A DNA stretch of 64,000 nt from an uncultured Gammaproteobacteria bacterium (GTDB taxonomy: Bacteria > Patescibacteriota > Patescibacteriia > UBA2196 > CAYSSY01): the NCBI GenBank assembly GCA_964434055.1, contig CAYSSY010000003.1:10372-74371 (forward strand), written 5' to 3'. This document shows, piece after piece, positions 41,979 to 53,171 of the stretch. The notes under the pieces were generated by a model, which saw only the letters and a program-made list of their open reading frames with translations, did no database searches and was not told the DNA's origin. Made by a program: the position numbers and the translations under genes. Every line of letters begins with the position of its first letter. The first letter of the stretch is position 1.

Positions 41979-44297
41979 TTATTCTTTATTACTATTCTCA
42001 GAAACGGAATCTTCTTCAATATCATCACTATCCTCATGATAGCCCTCTGTTTTAACATCATCAGACGAATCCTGATTTAATTCTAAAATATCGGTTGTCC
42101 CAGATGCGTCAACTTCACCAAGATATTCTTCTCTAGTCACTAAAACTTCCCGAGCACGAGCGCCATCTTGTGGACCAATCGTGCCTTCCTCTTCCAAAAG
42201 ATCCATTAGCCGGGCAGCTCGCGCATAACCTAAACTCAAACGTCTCTGCAAGTAAGAAGTAGAAGCCTTCTGTGTCTGAATAATCAATTCCCTGGCTTTA
42301 GGTAACAATGGATCATCTTTTAAATTTAGTCCGCCCAAACCACCATCTTCAGAAACTTTTTGCACCACACTTTCATCGTATTCTGGTTCACTTTTTTGTT
42401 TAAGATAATTAACCACGCGCTCAATTTCATCATCAGATAAAAAAGCACCTTGAATCCTTTTAGGTTTAGCAATTTCGGGAGTTAAAAACAGCATATCGCC
42501 GCGACCGAGAAGTTTTTCTGCACCTGAATGATCCAAAATTGTTCGTGAATCAATTTGGGAAGCGACACTAAAAGCCATACGGGAAGTAATGTTGGCTTTA
42601 ATTAAACCAGTAATAACATCGACTGACGGGCGCTGGGTGGCTAAAACCAAGTGAATACCTACCGCTCTGGCCATCTGTGACAATCTGATTATCGCCGTTT
42701 CCACTTCATTGGCAGCTACGGCCATTAAATCAGCTAATTCATCAACAACAATCACTATATAAGGTAGCTTTTTATCATCCGAAACACTATTATTATAGTC
42801 AGATAACTTCTTTTTGCCATGGCTAGAAAGAACTTGAAAACGCCTTTCCATTTCTTGAGTTGACCACTTTAAAGCGCTAACGGTTTTGGTAACATCAATA
42901 ATAACCGGGGTAATCAGATGAGGAATATTATTATAAACCGGCAATTCAACTCTTTTTGGGTCAACCAGAATAAATTTAAGTTCATTAGGTTGATTTTGAT
43001 AGAGCAATGAAACGATAATTGAATTTAAAGCGACGGTTTTGCCTGAGCCAGTCGCACCAGCAATTAACAAATGAGGCATGCGACTTAAATCCCACAACCA
43101 AGCCTTACCACTGACGTCAGATCCCAAAGCAATCATTAAGTTACTTTTTCTTTCCTTAAATTCCTGACTGGTTAAAATCTCTTTCAAGCTCACTAAAGCT
43201 ACCTTTTGATTTGGAATTTCAATGCCAACCAACGACTTATTTGGAATTGGCGCTTCAATTCTAATCGGATGAGCGGCAAGGGCTAAAGATAAATCATTTG
43301 TCAATGCGACAATTTTAGAAAGTTTCACACCGTCAGCTGGTTTTAAAGTAAACTGAGTAAAAGTAGCACCAATGCTCACTTCGCCCATTTCCACTTCAAT
43401 ACCGAAATGGTTTAATGTCTTTTTGATTACTTCCTGAACTGATTTGATGTCTCTAGATGTTGGCTTAGAGACTTTGCCGGTTAAAAAGTCAATCGGCAGT
43501 TCAATTTTAGGATAACGTTTTTTTGTCTCGGGGAATAATTCAGACTGGCTTTCGGATTGTTCGCCCACTTCCTGTGACTGATTCGGATTATCTTTTTCTT
43601 TTTTGTTATTTTTTTTATTTTTTACCACATCTTGGGTAGATTCAGTCTCTTCACCATCTTGATCTTCAATATCTTTAGTATCAAAAATAATTTGGCTTTC
43701 TAATTCGTCTTTACTTTTTAAACGTGACAGTAAACTTCTCATCTTATCCAAAAACCAAGAAATAAATTTAAATTTACTGGCCATAGTCTCAAGAGAAGTT
43801 TCAAAAATTAATAGCAAAGAAACTAACCATACACCGATTAAAAAAATACCACTCGCCCATACTCCCCATAGTTTAATCAAAGGATAGGCTGTCAATAAAC
43901 CAAGGTAGCCGCCGCCGGTACCTTCAATCGCAGCCGACAAAAGTCCTTGTTTATATTTAAAAAGATGAAAAAAACCAGTGGCACTTAATATAAACAAAAA
44001 AGTGCCCAGCCAATTAACACCGCGAACGTAATAACGTTCTGGTTTAGTAATCAAGTACGCAATAATAATCAAGATAAAAGGTGCCGCCACATAACTCCAA
44101 CCAAAAATGGACTGCAATAAATCCTTTAAAACACCGCCCAAGCTCCCAGCCAGATTAAAAATAGCCAAAATACTAATGAGCGAAAAAGTAAACATTATGA
44201 CGACAGCAATTCCTCTTTTTGTCTCCGGATCCAAGTCAAAAGAAAAGTTGATTTTAGTAAGCCAGTTTCGAGGATTGTTTTTATCTCTTTTCGCCAT
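41979..44297 (-). CDS. ftsK: DNA translocase FtsK/SpoIIIE
   Basis: It has N-terminal TM helices, a low-complexity linker, the Walker A motif LIAGATGSGKTVALNS and a C-terminal winged-helix gamma domain. Confidence 0.9.
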   Translation of the reverse strand: MAKRDKNNPRNWLTKINFSFDLDPETKRGIAVVIMFTFSLISILAIFNLAGSLGGVLKDLLQSIFGWSYVAAPFILIIIAYLITKPERYYVRGVNWLGTFLFILSATGFFHLFKYKQGLLSAAIEGTGGGYLGLLTAYPLIKLWGVWASGIFLIGVWLVSLLLIFETSLETMASKFKFISWFLDKMRSLLSRLKSKDELESQIIFDTKDIEDQDGEETESTQDVVKNKKNNKKEKDNPNQSQEVGEQSESQSELFPETKKRYPKIELPIDFLTGKVSKPTSRDIKSVQEVIKKTLNHFGIEVEMGEVSIGATFTQFTLKPADGVKLSKIVALTNDLSLALAAHPIRIEAPIPNKSLVGIEIPNQKVALVSLKEILTSQEFKERKSNLMIALGSDVSGKAWLWDLSRMPHLLIAGATGSGKTVALNSIIVSLLYQNQPNELKFILVDPKRVELPVYNNIPHLITPVIIDVTKTVSALKWSTQEMERRFQVLSSHGKKKLSDYNNSVSDDKKLPYIVIVVDELADLMAVAANEVETAIIRLSQMARAVGIHLVLATQRPSVDVITGLIKANITSRMAFSVASQIDSRTILDHSGAEKLLGRGDMLFLTPEIAKPKRIQGAFLSDDEIERVVNYLKQKSEPEYDESVVQKVSEDGGLGGLNLKDDPLLPKARELIIQTQKASTSYLQRRLSLGYARAARLMDLLEEEGTIGPQDGARAREVLVTREEYLGEVDASGTTDILELNQDSSDDVKTEGYHEDSDDIEEDSVSENSNKE

Positions 44298-44424
44298 AGA
44301 AAATTAGTATTATAAAGTAATAATCTAGCTTAAATTATAACATTATTTTATTATTTAAAAAAGACTTTATTATCAATAAAAAGAGCACCGTTTGTGATGC
44401 TCTTTTTTAATAACTTAGTTAATA

Positions 44425-47400
44425 TTATTTTTTTTCTACTTTTCGCCAAGCTTGTGCCTCAATAGTTGGGTGAACCTTGCCTGGGCCTTTCTTAATAGTG
44501 TCATATATCTCTTCCGGAGTATAACCACCATAAACATAGGCATTCACTAGTTTGTACCAATAGCGCGGTGAAACATAGATTGGCCTGTTATTATTCAATT
44601 TTATTAAGGCATCCCAAAGTTCTTCGGCAGCTTCTTGTTCAGTAGTCAAACTACCCAAACGTGATTTGCCGTAGATCATTGTCTTATCTTTGGAAATTTT
44701 TACTGGTTTGGGATAAAGTGGACTATAGCCATTTCTAACCTCAATGCCATCCAAATAAGTATCACTATCAGTATCACTATTTTCTGGATCGGTGCCATAC
44801 CATTCTTCTTGTTGATCACTTAAACCGTCATTATCACTATCGGTAATGAGAGCAGCCCCACTAAGTGTTGGGCTGGTCGACTGATCTTGAAATGTCTCTG
44901 TTGGTTTAGTTACAACTGGTTGAACGACATTAGGAGTTACAACGGGGGTTTCACCAAAAACTTGAGTATTATCATTGTTGGCATCTAAAAACAAAACATA
45001 TTTACCATTCACCCATTGCGTCTTACTTAAAGCAGAATCAACACCTTTGGATAAATCAGACCAGATGAATGCATTACTAATATTGGTATTAATATAAGAC
45101 GCAGGAGCCGGTTCCAAGACAGTTGAAGATGAATCACCAATCATTTTAACTTTAACATAGTAATCATTTGTTTGTTTTACGACCGTACCAACCAATTCAA
45201 ATGTTTTAACAGTGCCGGCTGGAATAACCAGATAACTATCATTAAAATAAACACTGCTATTATTAGTGAGTGGATATTCAATATCAGCAGCAACATCCTT
45301 TAACACCAGATTACTAATAACTATATTCTTCGCATCAAGAATACCAAACATCATCTTGTAAATACCAACATCACCTTTTGCATCTGCTGCTACAGTAAAA
45401 CGGTACAAACTTTGTGTACCATTATTTATGGTTGTCGTAAGTAGACTTTTTTTAGAAACAACCGGCTGTGTCTTAAATAAATAAACCTTATTGCTTTGGA
45501 AAGATCCTTCTTTGTTGGTCGGCGAATAAATCAAACCACTTGTTTTACCCACTGCTACCACATCAACAGCCGCCAGATTTAAGACAAGACCATTACCAGA
45601 AGAAGCCGGACAGTTTTCACCAATACAATTTGTATCACCTTTTAGTGCTAGGGTTTTAACGCTATTACTTGTTATTAATAAACCATTGGGAATTGTTAAA
45701 ATTACTTCACTGGTCGAGGTGGGCACTGCCTCACCCAATTTTGTCGCACCATCATAAAGTGTAATTTTATTAATAACTTTCAACAAATTACCACCATTAA
45801 GACCTTCTGTCTTAAATTTTAAACTTTTGACTTCAATGTTTTCAGATATAGCCTTTAAATCAAAATTACCAAAATTAGAATTTGTGCCACCAGCAGTATA
45901 CAGACCACTTGGTACAGTGGCAGCACTGGTGCTAACAACTAACTTGCCTGTATGACCAATAACAACTTTTGAACCCACTAAAGGATAACTGCCACTAACC
46001 TTGATTTGATTGTTTGAACTATTACCAAAAGCTAAAACAAAAGTATCATTGTCAATGCTTATTTGGTGACTGGTGTTATTTTCAGCGCTTGCCGAAATAT
46101 CAGCGGTTAATTTTAAGGTTTTAATAGTGCCTTTTGCAATTATTAAAGGATTATTAAAAACAAGGACTAGATCACTATAAAGACTATTATTAAATGTTCC
46201 TGATTCTGGTATGTTGAGAACGGTTTGAGTACTAACATCAGTTAAGATAATATTAGATAGATCTGCTTGAATACCCACCTTTGACAACGTATCAGTTAGC
46301 TCTACTTTGGTCACTTTAATATCCTCGCTGGAACTACCAGCATCAAATTTAATTGTAGCTAACAACTTATTTATCTCACCAGCTAGATAATGAATTTCTT
46401 TAGCGGTATCGGTCACGGATACATTCAAACTAGGAACATTTGTAGTACTGGGCAGTTGACAAGTGGCTAACTGGGCGCTATCAGTTAAACAGTCATATTT
46501 TTTATCTATGACACCGCCATTAGTATAGACAATATTTACCGGTGCTGTCACCACTGAGCTACGATTTAAATTGTTTGCCCACAGACCAACCTCAGTAATT
46601 GGATATTTATAATTACCATAAACCAAATAAACCTTATCGGGATCAGAACTATATTTTATTAGTGTCCCGTCAGGATAATTATTATTAATGGCTGTGCCTA
46701 TTAGATAATTAACAAAAAAACTATCAGGCACAGTAACCAAACGAGCACTCCAATTACTCCCATAAAGCTTTGTTAGTTGTTCTGTTGATATTTGATGCAG
46801 TTGCTGCTTAGAACCTACGGCATAGACCGTTGCTGATTGAGGAGTTTTGGCTAAACTAGTACCTGGTCTTAAGACAATATTACCACTTAAGGCATAACTT
46901 TCAGCAACAACAGCACTGACTGTTTTTATTTTAGTCGCATCAACTTGCCAAGAATTCATGACATCCTGCTTGTAATTACTACCCAGAGTATAAGGGAAGA
47001 CATAACGTTTATTATTACTCGCTAAATAATAAACATAGTTTAGGTTATTTTCAATGATAAAAAGATCACCTACTTGCAAAACCTCAACATCTGAACTTTT
47101 TCTTATATAGATTAAAGTATCATAACCCTCTCCATTATCATTCTTAGCTTTGATAGCTAAAGTATGTGTGCCAACTGATAAATTAGTAAAGGTATAGCTA
47201 TGTGTCCCAGCCAGGTACATTGTTCCTTTATAGGTTCCGCTACTGTCAGGAATTTCCGTACTATTGTCAAAAAAGTGTAACGTGGCATTCTGATCTAATT
47301 TAAAGTCAACTTTATAATAATTATTAGTGCCAGAATTTTCCCATAATGGATTAGTTATATCTAATTGCGGCTGATTACCCAGACACTTTTCATACTCATG

Positions 47401-49128
47401 ATTATGATCATCAAAATATGACCAAACACGGCGCTGGGTACCATTAAGATTAGTTTTCCAATCAACATCGTTTTGACCTGGAACATACCACTGAGACCAA
47501 GCACCATTAAACCACTGGATACGATATTTTAGAATTTCCGGATGTTTGGAGATATCAAGCCCTAGAGCTTGAAAGTTATAACCACCAAGTGGCTTCTCAT
47601 TAATAATTGTAGTTCGGCCGGTGGTGCAAGATGGAGATATGACTTCAACATTAACTGCTGTTGCAAAAGTATTATTATTTTCGTTTGATTCACTAACATT
47701 ATCTAGTGGATCAACTGTTATTATTATATTATTGTTACCATATACAAAATAATTATCGCTCTTACTAGTTACATCGACGTTACCAACCACATAAACATGA
47801 CTGATATAATTATTAGGCTCAAAATAATCAAAGTAGAATTGCGAATTAAAAATTTCCTTGTTTAAAGTTGTATTTCTGACAGTTAATAAGAAACTTTGAT
47901 TGGGTTTGACCTGTCCAATATTTGTCAAATCAAATTCAAGTTGGATGTCCCAAGGTTCAATATTGGTTTGTCTTAAATCTGTATATTTGAAATTCTTGAC
48001 TGTTAAATCAGCTTTATAATATTGGCCACCATCAGTAGTAGTGGTAAAGTTATAGACTGAACTTTCAGAATAATTGTTCTCACTTGCGGTACAGATAATC
48101 TTATAATAATATTTTGTACTTGGTAATAAGCCATTCAAATTAGCTGAATATAGATAGTAACCTGTCTCGCCACTTAGCGAACGATTCGTATATAACAAAG
48201 ATGTACCATTACTCAAGTCACTATTCTTACTATATACTACGGAACAATTATATTGACCATTGGCAAACCAGGCTAATGAAGCTGATTCAAAACCAATACT
48301 AATTGAAGTGTCCTTAATCAGTGGTTTTGGCGCACCAATTGTTAATGTTTTGGTCAAAATATTATTATTTTCATTCGATTCAATAACATTATTATCACTG
48401 TCAATCCTAAGTGTGTAAATTAAATCTTGCTGAATTAACGTATCTCGATCGTGAGCTGGTTGTGTTCTAAATTCATAACTTTCGCCCGGTTTTAAATTTA
48501 AAATATTAGACCTCAAACCACTGGTACTATTCTTTTCCATAATAGTAAAATAAAAAGGACCAGTATCTACAGTGCCATTATTTTTAAAAGTAGCAACCAT
48601 CTCTAATATATCATATTGCAACCAAATATCGTTGCTAGGGTGGGTTAAGTTTCTTATTTCTAATTTAATTGGAATTAAATCAGGTTTTGTTCGATTGATA
48701 ACAACTAATTCTTTTGTAATGTTATTATTAGATGTATTAATTTCACCGGCAACATTTTTGATAGTAAGTGTGATCGAATAAGTTCCGGGTTCAGTAAAGT
48801 TATAGTTGGTGGTATAAGTGGTGAAATTGCCGGCATTGATGCCAAAACCATCATTCACATCAAAAATTTCAGTAGCAACCAAATCATTGTTTAAACTGAT
48901 TTCCACCTGAATTGAAAAAATCCCCGAAAAAGAAGTTGTACCAATATTTTGAATTGAAGGGACTAATAAAACTGTATTGTCATTATTGCTGTCAGGGTCA
49001 CTTAATCCAAAACCTGAAAAGATCAGATCTGGAGAAATGTTTATTTCACTAGCACTAATAGATAACGGACTAAAGCCCAATAATATAATAGCAGCAATTA
49101 AGATAAAATATATTTTATTTTTTTTCAT
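44425..49128 (-). CDS. Giant (1567 aa) secreted surface protein with multiple Ig-like/CARDB/fibronectin-III-like domains and C-terminal thrombospondin-type-3-like Ca-binding repeats
   Basis: It has a signal peptide. The mid-region is Asn/Thr/Ser-rich and beta-rich. Near the C-terminus are DxDxDG repeats (TDSDNDGLSDQQEEWYGTDPENSDTDSDTYLDG), followed by a ~70-aa conserved tail. Confidence 0.65.
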   Translation of the reverse strand: MKKNKIYFILIAAIILLGFSPLSISASEINISPDLIFSGFGLSDPDSNNDNTVLLVPSIQNIGTTSFSGIFSIQVEISLNNDLVATEIFDVNDGFGINAGNFTTYTTNYNFTEPGTYSITLTIKNVAGEINTSNNNITKELVVINRTKPDLIPIKLEIRNLTHPSNDIWLQYDILEMVATFKNNGTVDTGPFYFTIMEKNSTSGLRSNILNLKPGESYEFRTQPAHDRDTLIQQDLIYTLRIDSDNNVIESNENNNILTKTLTIGAPKPLIKDTSISIGFESASLAWFANGQYNCSVVYSKNSDLSNGTSLLYTNRSLSGETGYYLYSANLNGLLPSTKYYYKIICTASENNYSESSVYNFTTTTDGGQYYKADLTVKNFKYTDLRQTNIEPWDIQLEFDLTNIGQVKPNQSFLLTVRNTTLNKEIFNSQFYFDYFEPNNYISHVYVVGNVDVTSKSDNYFVYGNNNIIITVDPLDNVSESNENNNTFATAVNVEVISPSCTTGRTTIINEKPLGGYNFQALGLDISKHPEILKYRIQWFNGAWSQWYVPGQNDVDWKTNLNGTQRRVWSYFDDHNHEYEKCLGNQPQLDITNPLWENSGTNNYYKVDFKLDQNATLHFFDNSTEIPDSSGTYKGTMYLAGTHSYTFTNLSVGTHTLAIKAKNDNGEGYDTLIYIRKSSDVEVLQVGDLFIIENNLNYVYYLASNNKRYVFPYTLGSNYKQDVMNSWQVDATKIKTVSAVVAESYALSGNIVLRPGTSLAKTPQSATVYAVGSKQQLHQISTEQLTKLYGSNWSARLVTVPDSFFVNYLIGTAINNNYPDGTLIKYSSDPDKVYLVYGNYKYPITEVGLWANNLNRSSVVTAPVNIVYTNGGVIDKKYDCLTDSAQLATCQLPSTTNVPSLNVSVTDTAKEIHYLAGEINKLLATIKFDAGSSSEDIKVTKVELTDTLSKVGIQADLSNIILTDVSTQTVLNIPESGTFNNSLYSDLVLVFNNPLIIAKGTIKTLKLTADISASAENNTSHQISIDNDTFVLAFGNSSNNQIKVSGSYPLVGSKVVIGHTGKLVVSTSAATVPSGLYTAGGTNSNFGNFDLKAISENIEVKSLKFKTEGLNGGNLLKVINKITLYDGATKLGEAVPTSTSEVILTIPNGLLITSNSVKTLALKGDTNCIGENCPASSGNGLVLNLAAVDVVAVGKTSGLIYSPTNKEGSFQSNKVYLFKTQPVVSKKSLLTTTINNGTQSLYRFTVAADAKGDVGIYKMMFGILDAKNIVISNLVLKDVAADIEYPLTNNSSVYFNDSYLVIPAGTVKTFELVGTVVKQTNDYYVKVKMIGDSSSTVLEPAPASYINTNISNAFIWSDLSKGVDSALSKTQWVNGKYVLFLDANNDNTQVFGETPVVTPNVVQPVVTKPTETFQDQSTSPTLSGAALITDSDNDGLSDQQEEWYGTDPENSDTDSDTYLDGIEVRNGYSPLYPKPVKISKDKTMIYGKSRLGSLTTEQEAAEELWDALIKLNNNRPIYVSPRYWYKLVNAYVYGGYTPEEIYDTIKKGPGKVHPTIEAQAWRKVEKK

Positions 49129-49274
49129 ATTAAATGTTCTTTTAGTAATTATTAAAAATAAAAAAATGAACAGGAGTGCTCACTTGTATGGTTATATTAT
49201 ATCAAATGTTTTAAAAAAAGTCAAATCAAAAACCAACCGCTATATTACAAGGTTGGTCTTTATTTAAAATAAAA

Positions 49275-52200
49275 TTATCTTTCGTGCGCTTTCATACCAG
49301 TACCAGCTGGAATCAATCGACCAATAATCACATTTTCTTTCAAACCTCTTAAGTAATCCATCTTGCCAGTAATCGCCGCATCAATCAACACGCGCGCTGT
49401 TTCTTGGAACGAAGCAGCTGACAGGAATGATGAGGTTGAAAGCGAAGATTTTGTAATACCTAATAAAAGGTTTTTTCCTTTAGCAACTTTACCTTTATTT
49501 TTTTTGGCTTGCTCATTACTTTCTGTAAAGTCAGCCCATTCAACAACCTCGCCCGGCAAAAAATCAGTGTCACCGGGGTCAGTTATATAAATCCTAGAAA
49601 ACATCTGTCTGGCGATTAACTCAATATGCTTATCGTTTAATTTTTGACCTTGAGATGTATAAATATACTGAATTTCTTTTAAAACATATTTTTGCGTTGC
49701 AACCTTCCCCCTCAATTCATACAAATCAAAAAGATTGACTGGTCCTTCTGTTAACTGTTGTCCTTTTGTCACAAATTCTCCGTCCTTAACCCAAACAGAA
49801 AAGAAAGGCGGCACTGGTAAATCTCGAGTTACTTTTCTTTTAACTGAAACTTTTAACTGTAAACCGTGTGTATCCTCTGAATCAACGACGCTCAATTTTC
49901 CGCTCTGTGGAGCAACAACTTTTTCACCGTTTCTCTCTAAGAGAAGATCGCCTTTTTTAACTTGTGCGCCATCTTTAATCAGTAAATTATCCAAATCTTT
50001 CTGCCTAATTTCGATGTTTTCGTCTTCAACTAAATCGCTGGACATACGAATAATTCTTTGTTTAATACCACCAGTTTTCTCACCTGATTCCTCAATAATT
50101 TCCACTTCACCGTCAAAAGGGGCTAAAATCGCAGCTTTTTTAATAGGACGAGCTTCAAAAATTTCTTCTACTCTCGGTAAACCTTGGGTAATGTCAGTTC
50201 CAGCCACACCACCAGTATGAAAATTTCTTAGGGTAAGCTGGGTGCCTGGTTCGCCAATACTTTGAGCAGCAATAATACCAACAGCAGTACCTGACTCGAC
50301 TAATTTATTATTGCCCAAATCCCAACCATAACATTTTTTACAAACCCCACGTTGTGCTTGGCAAGTCAAACTGGAACGAATTTTAATTTCTTCTAAATCA
50401 ATCTTCTCTAAAACTCGCATCTTTTCATCATCAATTAAATCATCTTTCTTAAAAATAACCTTATTGTTCTTGGGGTCAACAACATCAGCCACTAAATAAC
50501 GACCAAGAGACCGTTTGGCTATACTTTCGTTCATTTCTTCTGACTCTTTTTTTGTGATAGTCAAACCTACTTCATCATGACAGTCGTCTTGTTTGATAAC
50601 CATATCTTGGGCCACGTCGATTAAACGTCGAGTTAAATAACCAGCATTAGCAGTCCGCAAAGCAGTATCAGTCAAGCCTTTTCGCGCGCCGTGAGTAGAA
50701 ATAAAGTATTCCAAAACATCAAAACCTTCTTTAAAAGAACCTTTGATTGGTAATTCAATTGTTTCACCAGCTGGATTAGTCACCAAACCTTTCATGCCCA
50801 TCATTTGCGTAATCTGCGCCCAAGTACCACGTGCTTCGGAATTAACCATGGTAAATACAGGACCTTCCTGAGGTAAAACTTTTTGACTTTCTTTTGTTAT
50901 TCTGTCTTTAGCCTGAGCCCAAGTTTCAATAACCTTAATTTGCCGCTCGCGCTCAGTCAGTAATCCTTCTTCATATTGACTCATGATCAAATCAATCAAG
51001 CCCTCTGTTTCTTTAATAATATTTTTCTTCTGATCGACGACTGGCAAGTCATCAACGCCCCAAGAATAACCAGAGTAAGTTATATATTTTAAAGTAACTT
51101 TTTTTAGATCATCCAACAACTTAACTGCTGTCGGAAAATCATATATTTCTAAACAACGAGAAATTAATCTCTTTAAAGCACCACGATCAAGAACTTTATT
51201 TATAAACTGTAAGTTTTCTGGGATAACTTTGTTAATAATGATTCGTCCAATACTGGTTTCTAACTTTTCTCCGTCTTTTCTAATAATCACTTTTTCTTGG
51301 AGTTTTAAAAAACCAAGATCATATGCGGTCATAGCTTCTTCCGGGTCAGTAAAAATTTTTATTTTCCCCTTTTGTTCGTTTTCCTCTCTAATATAAGTCA
51401 TGTAGTGGGCTCCCCAAACCATATCTTTTGATGGCATGGCGACTGGTTCACCAGTCGCTGGTTTTAAAATATTCCTCGCAGACAGCATAATATTCGCTGC
51501 TTCATTTTTTGCTTCTTCTGTCAGTGGAACATGAACAGCCATTTGATCACCATCAAAATCAGCATTAAATGGCGGACAAACATAAGGATGGATTTGAATA
51601 GCTTTACCTTCAATCAGAATAGGTTGAAATGCCTGAATACCTAAACGATGTAGCGTCGGGGCACGATTCAATAAAACATGAGCCCCTTTTGTTACTTGTT
51701 CTAATATATCCCAGACCTCGGCATGGCCCATGTCAATAAAACGATTAGCAGATCGAACATTATGAACTAATTCTCTCTTTATTAATTCAGCAATAACAAA
51801 AGGTTTAAATAACTCCAATGCCATTTGTTTAGGCAGACCGCATTGGTGTAAAAGCAAATCTGGCCCGACAACAATTACGCTCCGTCCGGAATAATCGACT
51901 CTCTTGCCTAATAAATTTTGACGAAAACGACCTTGTTTACCTTTTAAAACATCAGCCAAACTCTTTAACATTCTTTTCTGTCCAGTCGATGCAGTGACTG
52001 TCTTTCCATGACGTGCACTATTATCTATTAAAGCATCGACTGCCTCTTGTAACATTCTTTTTTCATTGCGACAGATAACCTCCGGTGCATTTAATTCTTG
52101 TAATCTTTTTAAGCGATTATTACGGTTAATAACCCGTCTATAAAGATCATTCAAATCAGAGGTGGCGAAACGACCACCATCAAGCTGAACCATTGGCCGT

Positions 52201-53147
52201 AAATCGGGAGGAATAACCGGCACCATTGTTAAAATCATCCATTCTGGCCTCAAATGTTGCTTAATTAAAGATTTAATTAGTTTCAAACGTTTAATAATTC
52301 TTTTTTGTTTAGAAGCGATCGCGGTTACCATTTCCATCTCTAAATCTTTAACCATTTGTTCTAAATCAAGCTCTTTAAGTAGACCATGAATAACTTCGGC
52401 ACCAATACCAGCTTCAAAAATATGACCATATTTTAGGGACAAATCATGATATGTATTTTCAGAAATTATCTTATTTATCTTTAAATCTAATAATTCTTTT
52501 TTTGCTAAATCAAAAGCATTACCTAATTCTTCCAGACGCTCCTTCTTTTCTTCGGCAATCTGTTTTACTTTTTTCTCGATATCATTTTCTGAAACTCCTT
52601 GAGTCTTTAAATTTTGAATCTGACTAATGTTTCTTTGATATTCATTTTCAATTTGTTTCCTCTTGCTCTTAACCTCTTCTTGGATTTGTTCCAATGACTG
52701 CTGTCTTAATCCTTCATTAACATTAATAATAATAAAATTTGCAAAATAAATTACTTTTTCTAAATCTTGGGGGGAAATGTCTAAAACCAGACCGAGTTTA
52801 GAAGGTACACCACGCAAAAACCAAATGTGAGAAACGGGCGAGGCTAATTTAATATGTCCCATCCTTTCTCTTCTGACTAACGAACGCGTAACTTCGACTC
52901 CACATTTATCACAAATTATCCCTTTATATCTAATTCTTTTATATTTACCGCAATAGCACTCCCAATCTTTAGTCGGTCCAAAAATCTTTTCACAAAACAA
53001 ACCGTCCTTTTCCGGTTTTTGAGTACGATAATTAATAGTCTCTGGTTTTAAAACCTCGCCATGTGACCAATGCAAAATATCATCGGGGGAAGCTATTTTC
53101 AGCCGAATCGCATCAAAGTTAAATTGTGACTGCTGATTTTCTGACAT
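49275..53147 (-). CDS. rpoC: DNA-directed RNA polymerase subunit beta'
   Basis: It has the zinc-binding N-terminus ([23 protein letters not shown]), the catalytic [12 protein letters not shown] motif and trigger loop / bridge helix regions. Confidence 0.97.
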   Translation of the reverse strand: MSENQQSQFNFDAIRLKIASPDDILHWSHGEVLKPETINYRTQKPEKDGLFCEKIFGPTKDWECYCGKYKRIRYKGIICDKCGVEVTRSLVRRERMGHIKLASPVSHIWFLRGVPSKLGLVLDISPQDLEKVIYFANFIIINVNEGLRQQSLEQIQEEVKSKRKQIENEYQRNISQIQNLKTQGVSENDIEKKVKQIAEEKKERLEELGNAFDLAKKELLDLKINKIISENTYHDLSLKYGHIFEAGIGAEVIHGLLKELDLEQMVKDLEMEMVTAIASKQKRIIKRLKLIKSLIKQHLRPEWMILTMVPVIPPDLRPMVQLDGGRFATSDLNDLYRRVINRNNRLKRLQELNAPEVICRNEKRMLQEAVDALIDNSARHGKTVTASTGQKRMLKSLADVLKGKQGRFRQNLLGKRVDYSGRSVIVVGPDLLLHQCGLPKQMALELFKPFVIAELIKRELVHNVRSANRFIDMGHAEVWDILEQVTKGAHVLLNRAPTLHRLGIQAFQPILIEGKAIQIHPYVCPPFNADFDGDQMAVHVPLTEEAKNEAANIMLSARNILKPATGEPVAMPSKDMVWGAHYMTYIREENEQKGKIKIFTDPEEAMTAYDLGFLKLQEKVIIRKDGEKLETSIGRIIINKVIPENLQFINKVLDRGALKRLISRCLEIYDFPTAVKLLDDLKKVTLKYITYSGYSWGVDDLPVVDQKKNIIKETEGLIDLIMSQYEEGLLTERERQIKVIETWAQAKDRITKESQKVLPQEGPVFTMVNSEARGTWAQITQMMGMKGLVTNPAGETIELPIKGSFKEGFDVLEYFISTHGARKGLTDTALRTANAGYLTRRLIDVAQDMVIKQDDCHDEVGLTITKKESEEMNESIAKRSLGRYLVADVVDPKNNKVIFKKDDLIDDEKMRVLEKIDLEEIKIRSSLTCQAQRGVCKKCYGWDLGNNKLVESGTAVGIIAAQSIGEPGTQLTLRNFHTGGVAGTDITQGLPRVEEIFEARPIKKAAILAPFDGEVEIIEESGEKTGGIKQRIIRMSSDLVEDENIEIRQKDLDNLLIKDGAQVKKGDLLLERNGEKVVAPQSGKLSVVDSEDTHGLQLKVSVKRKVTRDLPVPPFFSVWVKDGEFVTKGQQLTEGPVNLFDLYELRGKVATQKYVLKEIQYIYTSQGQKLNDKHIELIARQMFSRIYITDPGDTDFLPGEVVEWADFTESNEQAKKNKGKVAKGKNLLLGITKSSLSTSSFLSAASFQETARVLIDAAITGKMDYLRGLKENVIIGRLIPAGTGMKAHER

Positions 53148-53171
53148 AATTGACTATCTTAAATGATAATT

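Noticed and set aside
41975-42061. N-terminal extension of the RodZ-like ORF overlapping ftsK by 83 nt
   Set aside because: The internal ATG at 41974 lies 4 nt after the ftsK stop. That gives a conventional operon junction and a protein that begins just before its HTH domain, so the extension is probably not translated.
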